Below are positions 1-8,743 of a stretch of 64,000 nt of DNA, in pieces. Within the stretch, counting starts at the first letter, position 1, and each line of letters starts with the position of its first letter. The notes under the pieces were generated by a model. It worked only from the letters and a program-made list of their open reading frames with translations, searched no databases and had not been told where the DNA came from. The stretch covers positions 22,874 to 86,873 of the forward strand of contig CALVAA010000008.1 of the NCBI GenBank assembly GCA_944325315.1, in the 5' to 3' direction. Made by a program: the position numbers and the translations under genes. This stretch comes from Candidatus Gastranaerophilales bacterium. GTDB taxonomy: Bacteria > Cyanobacteriota > Vampirovibrionia > Gastranaerophilales > Gastranaerophilaceae.

Positions 1-414
1 AACAATCTTTCTTTACCTATTTGTAAAAGCAATTTAAGCTTAAGGGAAAAAATTGAAATTATAACAAAAAATATAATTGAACAAAAAGATTACTCTAGCT
101 TACCTCAAACCAAGGCAAGATTTGGTTTTTGGGGAGTACCACCAAATGATTTATCTATTCTTGAACTATTCCCAAATGAAACAGAAGTGTTTGGTTGGTG
201 TAGAGCAGTTGAAGCCAAATACCCGGGGGATTTTGAACTTGAAATGTATGTTGATAAAAATATTCCTACTATCTTTTTTGCTCAATCTTTTTGTTCTAAA
301 AACTATCTTGCAAAATATCTTGCAGACAAATACCAAGGTCTTTATATAGATATTGATTCAACCCCCACCAATAGCGCAAAGGCAAAAATTGAAGCGTTTT
401 TAAAGTTAAGGTAA
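1..414 (+). CDS. 2-hydroxyacyl-CoA dehydratase-family protein, C-terminal fragment (5' end outside window)
   Basis: Frame 1 is open from base 1 to the stop at 412-414. The translation contains RFGFWGVPP, which resembles the conserved core of HgdB/BcrC-type dehydratase subunits. An activase-type ATPase gene starts 3 nt downstream. Confidence 0.45.
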   Translation, partial: NNLSLPICKSNLSLREKIEIITKNIIEQKDYSSLPQTKARFGFWGVPPNDLSILELFPNETEVFGWCRAVEAKYPGDFELEMYVDKNIPTIFFAQSFCSKNYLAKYLADKYQGLYIDIDSTPTNSAKAKIEAFLKLR

Positions 415-417
415 AAA

Positions 418-1107
418 ATGGAAAAATTATACATAGATGCAGGCACAACCTGGACGAAAATTTTAAAAATTGAAAACGAAAAAAAAACTTACACAATAGA
501 AAAAACTTCTGACTTCAAAAAAAAGGATGCCGACTATACAAAATGCACTGGTCATAGCCTAACTAAAAAACAGGGAATATATGAAAACGAAGTAGTGGCA
601 CTTTCAAAAGGAGCTCAAAAGTATCTAGAAGACGATTTTGTAGTTCTGGATTTAGGCTCAAGAGATATTAAATATATTAAATTTGAAAACAAAAAATTCA
701 AAGACCTAGACTGGAATTGCTCTTGCGCTTCAGCAACAGGGGCTACTATTGAAATGCTTTTAAAGTTTTATGAAGTAGATATTAAAGACTTAGTTTTTAC
801 AAAAGAAAAATATGCTGTAACTTGTGGAATTTTTGGACTGGAGCGAATCATGGATGATGTTGCAAATGGCTTAAAGCCAAATATTGCAATATCAAAATTT
901 GTCCATGGAATTGCATACAATGCTTTCAATTTTGTTAAAGGTGCCCCCAAAATATGTCTTAGCGGAGGCTTTTGCGAAAATCCCTGTTTTATTGAATCCC
1001 TGGAACAATACTCAACAGTTATTCCTTTGGGAAGATTTATTTTAACTGAAGGATTGTATGAGATTGATAAAGAAAGCTATCTTTGTTCGAAAAGCACTAT
1101 AGAATAA
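418..1107 (+). CDS. BadF/BadG/BcrA/BcrD-type ATPase (2-hydroxyacyl-CoA dehydratase activase-like)
   Basis: Contains YIDAGTTWTK (actin-fold phosphate-1 motif), LDLGSRD, and a C-terminal SGGF. The motifs CSCASATGATIE and TCGIFG place Cys at the two positions that bind the bridging 4Fe-4S cluster in HgdC-type activases. Confidence 0.7.
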   Translation: MEKLYIDAGTTWTKILKIENEKKTYTIEKTSDFKKKDADYTKCTGHSLTKKQGIYENEVVALSKGAQKYLEDDFVVLDLGSRDIKYIKFENKKFKDLDWNCSCASATGATIEMLLKFYEVDIKDLVFTKEKYAVTCGIFGLERIMDDVANGLKPNIAISKFVHGIAYNAFNFVKGAPKICLSGGFCENPCFIESLEQYSTVIPLGRFILTEGLYEIDKESYLCSKSTIE

Positions 1108-3302
1108 GGGTGTTGAATAAAAACATCGGACATATTTTCTAATACGCCAAAAGAATCTTCACGAGCGCTATCGCATACTTTATACCACTTTTTCCCGTCA
1201 TCGGCTTTTGGAAGTTTAACATCAATAAAGTTTGCATCTGATGAAACTGAAACAAAAAGCGGTTTTTTATCATTAACTTTATAGCACATTATATTTGAAT
1301 TTGTATTATTCCAATAAGAATTATCCCAATCATGCGCAATTGAACCATCGGGTTTAAAGTATTGAATTTGAGCTTGATTGGTTTTTATAGAATCATGAGA
1401 ATTTCTAAAATCAATCATATTTTTTGTAAAATCATATATTCTATATTCAAGACTATTTGAATCATTGATTTTTGAAAAGTCAAGATAATTTGTATCATCG
1501 TCCAAACAATAAGTGTTATTATTGCCGCCTTTTGAATGCGCTATAATATCTCCGACTTGAAGCATTGGAGTACCTTGGGCAAGTAAAGTCAGGGCAATTT
1601 GTTTTTTAATTTCATTTTCCCTGCGGCCGCTGTCGCCTCCGTAGCGCCAGAGTTCATTATTGTCTGCAAGCGTATATCCGTCATGGGAATTTGTATAATT
1701 AACAGATTTATTGAAAGCTTTCATAACACCTCTTGAACCTTCAAGAGCATCTCTTAGCTGCCTTGGAGTGTATTCAAAAGGACTGTGGGATACTTTTTTA
1801 ATTGTTTCTCTGAACTTATCATTCCACTCAGCCCAATTTGTCGGAAAATTACCAATTTGATATGCATAATCCCCGACGCAAGTCCAAGGTTCAGCTATTA
1901 AAGTTATGCCGGGACCTTTTTCATCCGGAGCTTTTACTTTTATTCCTTTTTTTTCAAGTTTTTTTGCAAGTTTTCCAACTATACTTTTATTGGTATCAAA
2001 ATAGACATTATTTCCTTCTTTGGTATCTAAAAGGCCTGCTGCAAGGTCGAATCTAAAGGCATCAACCCCTTGATTTGCCCAAAAGGCAATTGAATCGGCT
2101 ATCATTTCCATAACTTCACTATCAGCGGCATTAATATCGTTTCCGCAGCCTGAATTTTGGTTATAATATCCGCCATTTTGTTTATAGTACATTTGATTAT
2201 CCAAAAGAGCAAAACTCATCTGTTTTGCATTATCTTTTTCGCCACCAATATTTGCTCCTTCGCCTGTATGATTATAGACAACATCCATACATACTTTTAT
2301 ATTTTCTTTATGATAAGCATCAACCATTTTTCTAAATTCTCTTAAAGAACCGCCGGGGGTTTTATCGCTGGAGTATTTTTTAGCAGGTGCAAAAAAACCT
2401 AAAGTCATATAACCCCAATAGTTTCCATCATATCCTTCTTTGTGGTCAAATTCTTGAAGCGGCAAGAATTCAACCATAGATATACCGGCTTCTTTTACTT
2501 TTTTTGCCATTTGACCGGCACCAAGAAAAGTCCCCGGGGCATCAACATCTTCATTTATACTTAAATCCTTAATGTGAACTTCACCTATTACTTCATCGAC
2601 AAGGGCTCTATCTGTTGTTTTTGATAATAGTGTTGGAACTTCAACCGTAAAAACACTCTTTGGAGCAATGGATGAGTTATCTTCAAACGGTTTATATGTT
2701 GAAAAAAACGCAGGAATTCCATCGGGATTGTCTGAAGGCAAATGGCTTAATTCTCTTCCGCAAGGGTCACTTGCAATTTTATTCGGGTTAAAGCGATTGC
2801 CTTTTTCATCAACAATAGAATTAAACCCTGCTTTTGGATTTTTTATATTTCCGTTTTCGTCAAAAAAATCTTCGCTATAACGCCAATTTTCACCAAAAGC
2901 CCTATAGCCGTAATAAATTGGTTTATTTTTTCCGCCCAAAGATTTTATCGGAACAGAAGTTTGCCATACATCCTTGTTTTTTTCCATAGGCAAAGTTAAA
3001 TAAGGCTTTTTTGCCTTTGGCTCATCAAAAACGCAAAGAAAAACCTTTTCGGCATTTTTAGAAGCAACTTTAAAGTTAACTATACCTGTTCTGGGATTAA
3101 AATTCACCCCAAGGCGGGTTTTATCTTTTGTAATAAATTTTTGCTGAATTTGTCCTAAAACCTTGGCTTCTATAGCAGAAGCATAGGTTTTTCCGAAGGA
3201 AATATTTTTTGAAAAAGGAGGAGTGACCGTATTGGTATATACTTTGTTTGGCGTCTTTAAACCGTGAAAAAAATAACCGTTTTCAATCTTCCTTATTATC
3301 AT
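1077..3302 (-). CDS. glgX: glycogen debranching enzyme / isoamylase (GH13, GlgX-type)
   Basis: All four GH13 regions are present: VVYNHTGEG, GVDAFRFDLA, IAEPW and YTNSHDG. The N-terminal segment resembles CBM48, and the 741-aa length is typical of GlgX. Confidence 0.9.
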   Translation of the reverse strand: MIIRKIENGYFFHGLKTPNKVYTNTVTPPFSKNISFGKTYASAIEAKVLGQIQQKFITKDKTRLGVNFNPRTGIVNFKVASKNAEKVFLCVFDEPKAKKPYLTLPMEKNKDVWQTSVPIKSLGGKNKPIYYGYRAFGENWRYSEDFFDENGNIKNPKAGFNSIVDEKGNRFNPNKIASDPCGRELSHLPSDNPDGIPAFFSTYKPFEDNSSIAPKSVFTVEVPTLLSKTTDRALVDEVIGEVHIKDLSINEDVDAPGTFLGAGQMAKKVKEAGISMVEFLPLQEFDHKEGYDGNYWGYMTLGFFAPAKKYSSDKTPGGSLREFRKMVDAYHKENIKVCMDVVYNHTGEGANIGGEKDNAKQMSFALLDNQMYYKQNGGYYNQNSGCGNDINAADSEVMEMIADSIAFWANQGVDAFRFDLAAGLLDTKEGNNVYFDTNKSIVGKLAKKLEKKGIKVKAPDEKGPGITLIAEPWTCVGDYAYQIGNFPTNWAEWNDKFRETIKKVSHSPFEYTPRQLRDALEGSRGVMKAFNKSVNYTNSHDGYTLADNNELWRYGGDSGRRENEIKKQIALTLLAQGTPMLQVGDIIAHSKGGNNNTYCLDDDTNYLDFSKINDSNSLEYRIYDFTKNMIDFRNSHDSIKTNQAQIQYFKPDGSIAHDWDNSYWNNTNSNIMCYKVNDKKPLFVSVSSDANFIDVKLPKADDGKKWYKVCDSAREDSFGVLENMSDVFIQHPYSIVLFEQR

Positions 3303-3465
3303 GCAGCGCTCCTTTAATTCCAGTTATATAAAACATGTAAATAATTTTTATTGCCTGTTTAAAGATAAAACATATTAAGAAATAATAATATTCTTGAAGT
3401 AAAAACAATTTTGTAGTACTTTTAAAGTGTATATAGTTTACTTTTTAAAGGTTTAAGGATTAATT

Positions 3466-4569
3466 ATGGTTAAAAAACTTATCACTCAAGACACCAGAAT
3501 GTTCTTGACGGGTAATGAAGTAATTGCCTATGCCGCAAATGCAGCAGAAGCTGAGTTTATGTATGGTTACCCGATTACACCTCAAAATGAAATCATGCAC
3601 ACGTGGTGTAAATTGCTGCCTAAAACCGAAGCAGGATTTTTACAAACCGAAGATGAAATTTCTGCCGGTTTTTCAACAATTGGCGGTATTTTAGCAGGCA
3701 AAAGGGCTTTTACGGCTACGGCAGGTCCTGGTAATGTCATTATGCAAGACGCTCAATCAATGGCTGAGATGATGAGAATTCCTTTTGTTTGCGCAGTTAT
3801 GCAAAGAGGAGGCCCTTCGACTGCTACAGTAATTTATGCCCAGCAAGAAACACGTTTAACTTGTTTTGGAGGAAACGGGGAAGGCTTCAGAATTGTATAT
3901 TCAACGGCAGGACACCAGGATTTATATGATTACATGATTAAATCCTTTAATACTGCTTGGAAATACCGCTTCCCGACTTTCATGTTAGCTGACGGATATC
4001 AAGGCAAAATGAGAGAACCGGTTACATTGTATGATCCGATTTCCAGAGGCATTAAAATGGAAGCAACACCTGCTATGCTTAGAGCACCCGGTGTTATAGG
4101 GGTAGACAGAGAAGCTAATCATTTGAGAAACACATTCAATTTAGAAGAAGAATTAATGAGCCAGCTTGATCAATACCAAATTGATTATGACAAAATGAGC
4201 AAAGAAGTTGAAGAATACCTTGAATATAAAGCTGAAGATGCCGAAGTTCTTATTATTGCCCATGGTATTGTTGCAAGATCAGCAATGACAGCAGTAGACG
4301 AATTAAGACAAAAAGGCATTAAAGCAGGTTTATTCAGACCAATCACAATAAGACCTTTGGCGGTTGAACCAATGAGAAAAGCAGTTAAACAAGCAAAACA
4401 GATTTTATTTACAGAATCAGCAAACGGACAACTTGCTCAGATGTGCCTGGAAAAACTATACGGTCTTACTACTCCATATCAAACATTGTTTAAAATGGGC
4501 GTTGGCGTAACAGGCGATGATATAGTTGAAAAAGTTGAAGCCATGGTACGCCAAATGGCAGGTGTATAA
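3466..4569 (+). CDS. 2-oxoacid:ferredoxin oxidoreductase, alpha subunit
   Basis: The N-terminus GNEVIAYAANAAEAEFMYGYPITPQNEI is typical of the KorA/PorA/VorB family. An SD (AAGGA) lies upstream. It is the first of four tightly packed subunit genes. Confidence 0.9.
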   Translation: MVKKLITQDTRMFLTGNEVIAYAANAAEAEFMYGYPITPQNEIMHTWCKLLPKTEAGFLQTEDEISAGFSTIGGILAGKRAFTATAGPGNVIMQDAQSMAEMMRIPFVCAVMQRGGPSTATVIYAQQETRLTCFGGNGEGFRIVYSTAGHQDLYDYMIKSFNTAWKYRFPTFMLADGYQGKMREPVTLYDPISRGIKMEATPAMLRAPGVIGVDREANHLRNTFNLEEELMSQLDQYQIDYDKMSKEVEEYLEYKAEDAEVLIIAHGIVARSAMTAVDELRQKGIKAGLFRPITIRPLAVEPMRKAVKQAKQILFTESANGQLAQMCLEKLYGLTTPYQTLFKMGVGVTGDDIVEKVEAMVRQMAGV

Positions 4570-4593
4570 ATCAAGAATTGATGAGGAAATAAA

Positions 4594-5349
4594 ATGATTA
4601 CAACATTAGATATAAAACCTGATTTAGCTAAAGCGCAAAATGCTGAAGCCGGTGCATCTAAATTTTGCCCCGGATGCGGTCATGGTATGATTTTAAAAAC
4701 TTTAGCAAAAACAATAGATGAACTTGAACTAAACGAAAGAACAGTATTTGGCTGTGACATCGGCTGTTCTTTATTATCTTGGAATTATATGAACCTTGAT
4801 ACTGTTCAAACTCATCATGGCAGAACCACTCCCGTAATATATGGTGTTACAAGAGCAAACCCCGGAACAGTAGGAATTGCTTATATGGGCGATGGCGGCG
4901 GACTTGCAATCGGAGCTCAACATCTTGTAAATGCTGCAACAAGAGCAGAAAATCTTTTGGTGATTGTTGCAAACAACACAAACTACGGTATGACAGGCGG
5001 ACAAATGAGTCCTACTACAATGCCCGGTCAAAAAACAGAAACAACTCCATATGGAAGAGACTGCGAAGTTACCGGACGCCCCGCAAAAGCTGCCGAGCTT
5101 GTTGCTTCAATTGCAGACCCGGCTAAATCTTATGTTGCAAGAGCTTCTGTTTCTAATTTAAGAAAATTAAACACTGTATTCAAAAAAGCTCTTAAAAATA
5201 CAGCTCAAGGCGGATATTCCTTTGTTGAAGTATTGTCTGTTTGTCCCCTAAACTGGAGAACAAATAATGTTGATACCTGGGGAAGACTCAAAACAATGGA
5301 AGAATGTTTTGAAGTAAAAGAATTTCTGATAAGAGAAGGATTGGAGTAA
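4594..5349 (+). CDS. 2-oxoacid:ferredoxin oxidoreductase, beta (TPP-binding) subunit
   Basis: Contains the CPGCGHG motif and the GDGG...NN TPP-binding motif (YMGDGGGLAIG...VANNTNYGMTGGQ). Confidence 0.9.
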   Translation: MITTLDIKPDLAKAQNAEAGASKFCPGCGHGMILKTLAKTIDELELNERTVFGCDIGCSLLSWNYMNLDTVQTHHGRTTPVIYGVTRANPGTVGIAYMGDGGGLAIGAQHLVNAATRAENLLVIVANNTNYGMTGGQMSPTTMPGQKTETTPYGRDCEVTGRPAKAAELVASIADPAKSYVARASVSNLRKLNTVFKKALKNTAQGGYSFVEVLSVCPLNWRTNNVDTWGRLKTMEECFEVKEFLIREGLE

Positions 5350-5352
5350 ATT

Positions 5353-5913
5353 ATGGCAAGAACAAAAATAGTTTTGGCAGGTGAAGGCGGACAAGGCGTT
5401 CAATCTATTGCAAAAATCCTTGTTGAAGCAGGATATGAAGCAGGAAAAGAAATCCTATATATTCCAAACTTTGGAGTAGAACAAAGGGGTGGTGTTTCTG
5501 TTGCTTTTTGTCAAATAGCAGATGAAAAAATCGGAGAACCAAGATTTGCTAAAGGCGATATTATAATAGCCCTTTCGGATAGAGCCATTGAAAGGTGCGA
5601 AACATATACTTCAAAAGATTCCATAGTAGTATATGATTCTTCTGTTTGCGAAAACAAACCGAAAGTTGAATGCAAGGAAGTTATTGCAGTTGAGGCAAAC
5701 AAAATTGCAAACGAACAATTAAGCGCTCGTGTTTTTAATATTATGATTTTAGGAGTACTGTTAAAAGCAACAAACGTTTTAAAATTGGAAGATATTAAAA
5801 ATGCTATGGAAATTGCCTTAGGCAAAAAATTTGCAGCTAAACCCGAGTTAAGAGAATTGAACTACAAAGCTCTTGAAATGGGCATGGCAATGATAGACAA
5901 GGTTGGTGTATAA
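5353..5913 (+). CDS. 2-oxoacid:ferredoxin oxidoreductase, gamma subunit
   Basis: LAGEGGQGVQSIAKIL and FGVEQRGG are typical of the gamma subunit. The gene starts 3 nt after the beta subunit gene. Confidence 0.85.
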   Translation: MARTKIVLAGEGGQGVQSIAKILVEAGYEAGKEILYIPNFGVEQRGGVSVAFCQIADEKIGEPRFAKGDIIIALSDRAIERCETYTSKDSIVVYDSSVCENKPKVECKEVIAVEANKIANEQLSARVFNIMILGVLLKATNVLKLEDIKNAMEIALGKKFAAKPELRELNYKALEMGMAMIDKVGV

Positions 5914-6170
5914 TGGCGGAAGAAAAAAAATACAAAGGTTATAAAATCGAAAATGTGGCAAAAGGAAAAGCTGACTGGTATATGTTTTCGGAACTATGTA
6001 AAGGCTGCGGTCTTTGTATGGTAAAGTGTCCTAAACAATGCTTAAAATGGTCAAAAGAAGTGGGTTTATACCAAACTCCTTGTGTAGAGCCTGATCCTGA
6101 ACTCTGCATAGGCTGCGGAACTTGTGCCTTAACTTGTCCTGATAGTGCAATTAAAATTGTTAAAAAATAA
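5913..6170 (+). CDS. 2-oxoacid:ferredoxin oxidoreductase, delta subunit (2x[4Fe-4S] ferredoxin)
   Basis: Two CxxCxxCxxxCP motifs are present (CKGCGLCMVKCP and CIGCGTCALTCP). The start overlaps the gamma stop by 1 nt. Confidence 0.85.
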   Translation: MAEEKKYKGYKIENVAKGKADWYMFSELCKGCGLCMVKCPKQCLKWSKEVGLYQTPCVEPDPELCIGCGTCALTCPDSAIKIVKK

Positions 6171-6179
6171 TAATTAAAT

Positions 6180-6205
6180 AAAATCCGGGTTTAAACCCGG
6201 ATTTT
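6180..6205. terminator. bidirectional rho-independent terminator
   Basis: AAAATCCGGGTTTAAACCCGGATTTT forms a 7-9 bp GC-containing stem flanked by an A-run and a T-run. It lies between convergent genes. Confidence 0.75.
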
Positions 6206-6788
6206 ATTTAATTCTGACTTTTCCAAGAGCTATGGTGAAAACATCATTACCATATATGCCTCTTGAGTCCGGAGTGGCATATAGAATATACCCGCAGACA
6301 TTTTCAACAATTCTAAGTCCGCTGTTTTGATTGTAGTATTCTTTTATTTGATATGTATCGGAACAATTTCTGTTTAAATATATTCCCGCTATTATTTTTT
6401 GATTTGTAATAATGCATTGCAATTCGTCTTTTTTAAAATTTTTTCCTACGTCTGAATTTACTACAAGCCTTGAACAATCAATATTTTCGCCTTCCAAATA
6501 CTTTGCATATATATCTCTTAGCTTTTTACTGTCAGCTTCTATATCATAAGGATTATTGTCAATATTTACAATAGTTCCGCCAAAAGTTTCTTTTAACAAT
6601 ATTCCCTGATAAGAATTTTCAACGTTTGAAAAAAAAGAATTCGAAAGAGCAACGATTCTTTTAGTTCTGATTTCACCCGAAGTTAAAGTTGAAAAAGCCG
6701 TAAGCGCAACAATAACTCCTAAAATACTCATTACAATGAGGGTTTCTGTCAATGTAAAAGCTTTAAAATGTTTATTTTTTCTAATCAT
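6204..6788 (-). CDS. prepilin-type N-terminal cleavage/methylation domain protein (type IV pilin / pseudopilin-like)
   Basis: The N-terminus KHFKAFTLTETLIVMSILGVIVAL has the class III signal with E5. Two C-terminal Cys are present (NRNC...NVCG). It is a paralog of the three genes that follow. Confidence 0.8.
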   Translation of the reverse strand: MIRKNKHFKAFTLTETLIVMSILGVIVALTAFSTLTSGEIRTKRIVALSNSFFSNVENSYQGILLKETFGGTIVNIDNNPYDIEADSKKLRDIYAKYLEGENIDCSRLVVNSDVGKNFKKDELQCIITNQKIIAGIYLNRNCSDTYQIKEYYNQNSGLRIVENVCGYILYATPDSRGIYGNDVFTIALGKVRIK

Positions 6789-6870
6789 ATAAATACACTT
6801 TTTCCTGTCTTCTTTTTATATTATCCCAATATAAAGTCTTTATGTATTCATATATTTAGATGATGCTAAA

Positions 6871-6898
6871 TTGAATAAAGTTCAAATTTGGGTATAAT
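6871..6898 (+). promoter_or_regulatory. sigma-70-type promoter (TTGAAT-16-TATAAT) placed 7 nt upstream of the ATG
   Basis: TTGAAT lies at 6871-6876 and TATAAT at 6893-6898. The ATG is at 6906 with no SD in between. Confidence 0.5.
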
Positions 6899-6905
6899 AA
6901 TAAAT

Positions 6906-7550
6906 ATGAATAGAATTTTAGATAATACTCCTGCTTTTACTTTAACTGAGGCAATAATTGTAATAGTAATCTTCGGAGTTATTGCAATACTTGCTTATCC
7001 TACGCTTTTAACCATTAACCCCAACGAAAAAAGCTGGGACACAATGTCGGTTAAAATGGCAGAATACATAGAGCAGGCAACATCAGAAATTCTTCTTTTT
7101 CATTCAAGCTATGACGACTTTTTAAGAATAAAAGATACTGATAACAAAACATACTTTTCAATAGAAGATAAGGGCGCAACGGAAAGAATGGCGGGGCTGT
7201 ATCGGAAATATTTATCCGATGTAGCTATGAATGTAAACACAAATAGAGAGTATTTTTCCGAAAAAATTAAAGACTATAACGGAAAAACAACATCCGAACC
7301 AATAAAAACCGCTTATTCTAACTTTTTTTATGTGAATGACGGTATGATAATTGGTTTTAGGTTTTATGAAAGCTGCAGCGCAACAGAAAAAAACTCAAAT
7401 CCACCAAAACATAAAGGAAAGTTTGAAGTAAACAACGTATGCGGTTCAATATTTTATGATATTAATGCATACAAAAAACCCAACAAACTTGGCTCTGACC
7501 AATATATACTGCCTGTTTATTCACGAGGAATCAAGTACAACAACGATTAA
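6906..7550 (+). CDS. prepilin-type N-terminal cleavage/methylation domain protein
   Basis: MNRILDNTPAFTLTEAIIVIVIFGVIAIL carries the prepilin signal. The C-terminal motif is CGSIFYDINAYKKPNKLGSDQYILPV. The ORF track begins at an upstream TTG (6888), but ATG 6906 is the more likely start. Confidence 0.8.
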   Translation: MNRILDNTPAFTLTEAIIVIVIFGVIAILAYPTLLTINPNEKSWDTMSVKMAEYIEQATSEILLFHSSYDDFLRIKDTDNKTYFSIEDKGATERMAGLYRKYLSDVAMNVNTNREYFSEKIKDYNGKTTSEPIKTAYSNFFYVNDGMIIGFRFYESCSATEKNSNPPKHKGKFEVNNVCGSIFYDINAYKKPNKLGSDQYILPVYSRGIKYNND

Positions 7551-7562
7551 AGGAGACACAAA

Positions 7563-8126
7563 ATGAAAATCAAACAAGCTTTCACAATGGCAGAGGCAAT
7601 CCTCGTTATGACAATCCTGGGTATCATTGCAACAATTATGATTACAACCCTAAAACCAGCTGAATTTAAAGACAAAGGGATGAAAATACTGGCTAAAAAA
7701 GTATTATCCGAAATTGACACGGCAACAACCCAAATTCTGATTAATAATTCTCTGGATGGTACAATGACAGCGCTTTATCAACCGGGAACGGCCACTACCT
7801 ATGCGTTTAGCTCAAACGCTACACATAATGCAACTTTATATAAAAAATATTTAACAGCAACAAGACAAACAACAACAACAGAGGACTGCGCCCAAACCGG
7901 CTATAATGTATCGTTTTTCTTAAAAGACGGAGCTTGTATGGCAATAAAAACAGGAGCGCAAACAAATGCTCCTACAATTTTCCCGGGTGAAAAAACAACA
8001 ACAAATGCAAGTCCTAAACAGGGTCTTATCTTTTTTGATATAAATGGCTCTGAAGAACCGAATGTAGAAGGTAAAGACAGATTTATTTTACCCGTTGGAG
8101 ATGATGGTATAGATTATGCTATCTAG
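7563..8126 (+). CDS. prepilin-type N-terminal cleavage/methylation domain protein
   Basis: MKIKQAFTMAEAILVMTILGIIATI carries the prepilin signal. The C-terminal motif is GLIFFDINGSEEPNVEGKDRFILPV. An SD (AGGAGA) lies upstream. Confidence 0.8.
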   Translation: MKIKQAFTMAEAILVMTILGIIATIMITTLKPAEFKDKGMKILAKKVLSEIDTATTQILINNSLDGTMTALYQPGTATTYAFSSNATHNATLYKKYLTATRQTTTTEDCAQTGYNVSFFLKDGACMAIKTGAQTNAPTIFPGEKTTTNASPKQGLIFFDINGSEEPNVEGKDRFILPVGDDGIDYAI

Positions 8127-8137
8127 AGGTAATTAAC

Positions 8138-8743
8138 TTGAATAAATCTTTTGCTTATACACTCGCTGAATCATTGATTGTAATAGCAATTGTCGGCATT
8201 ATGTATGTAATTGTGCTTCATGTTTTGCGTCCGAATAATATAAAACATGAAGCACTTACAAAAGCCGGCAGCAATTTATATATTCAAATAGATTTTGCAA
8301 CAAAACAAATGCTTGCAAAAAACACTAAAAACTATATTTTAACACGCCTGAAAGATTCGAGCGGAGAATTTTCAGTTGAATCGAGCTCGTCTGCTTCAAG
8401 GCTTTTGGCGATATACAAAAAAAGATTGTCAGGCATCAGAAAAACTCCTGATGCGACTTATCTTAATTTAGCCTTGCAGGATAGCTCAAACAATAAAGTC
8501 GGAAACTTAAAAGTATCAAGCTTCCAGGGTTTTACCTTAAAAAATGATGCTTATTTCGGAATAAAGCTCAACAACAACTGCACAACAACGGAAAGTTATA
8601 TTTATAACCCTTCAATGCCAAACAAAAGAACTCAGGCAAAAAGTTGCGGGCTAATCTTTTTTGATGTAAACGGACAGGATTTGCCAAATAACCTTGGGGT
8701 TGACCAATATATCATTTCTATAGGCAAAAGCGGAATACGATAG
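8138..8743 (+). CDS. prepilin-type N-terminal cleavage/methylation domain protein
   Basis: MNKSFAYTLAESLIVIAIVGIMYV carries the prepilin signal. The C-terminal motif is CGLIFFDVNGQDLPNNLGVDQYII. The gene uses a TTG start preceded by GAGGT. Confidence 0.75.
   Translation: MNKSFAYTLAESLIVIAIVGIMYVIVLHVLRPNNIKHEALTKAGSNLYIQIDFATKQMLAKNTKNYILTRLKDSSGEFSVESSSSASRLLAIYKKRLSGIRKTPDATYLNLALQDSSNNKVGNLKVSSFQGFTLKNDAYFGIKLNNNCTTTESYIYNPSMPNKRTQAKSCGLIFFDVNGQDLPNNLGVDQYIISIGKSGIR

Noticed and set aside
77-349. A 90-aa plus-strand ORF, and ATG 187 as the start of a 75-aa ORF
   Set aside because: Frame 1 is open from base 1 and encodes a dehydratase-like C-terminus. The 77-349 ORF is an out-of-frame shadow, and ATG 187 is an internal Met.
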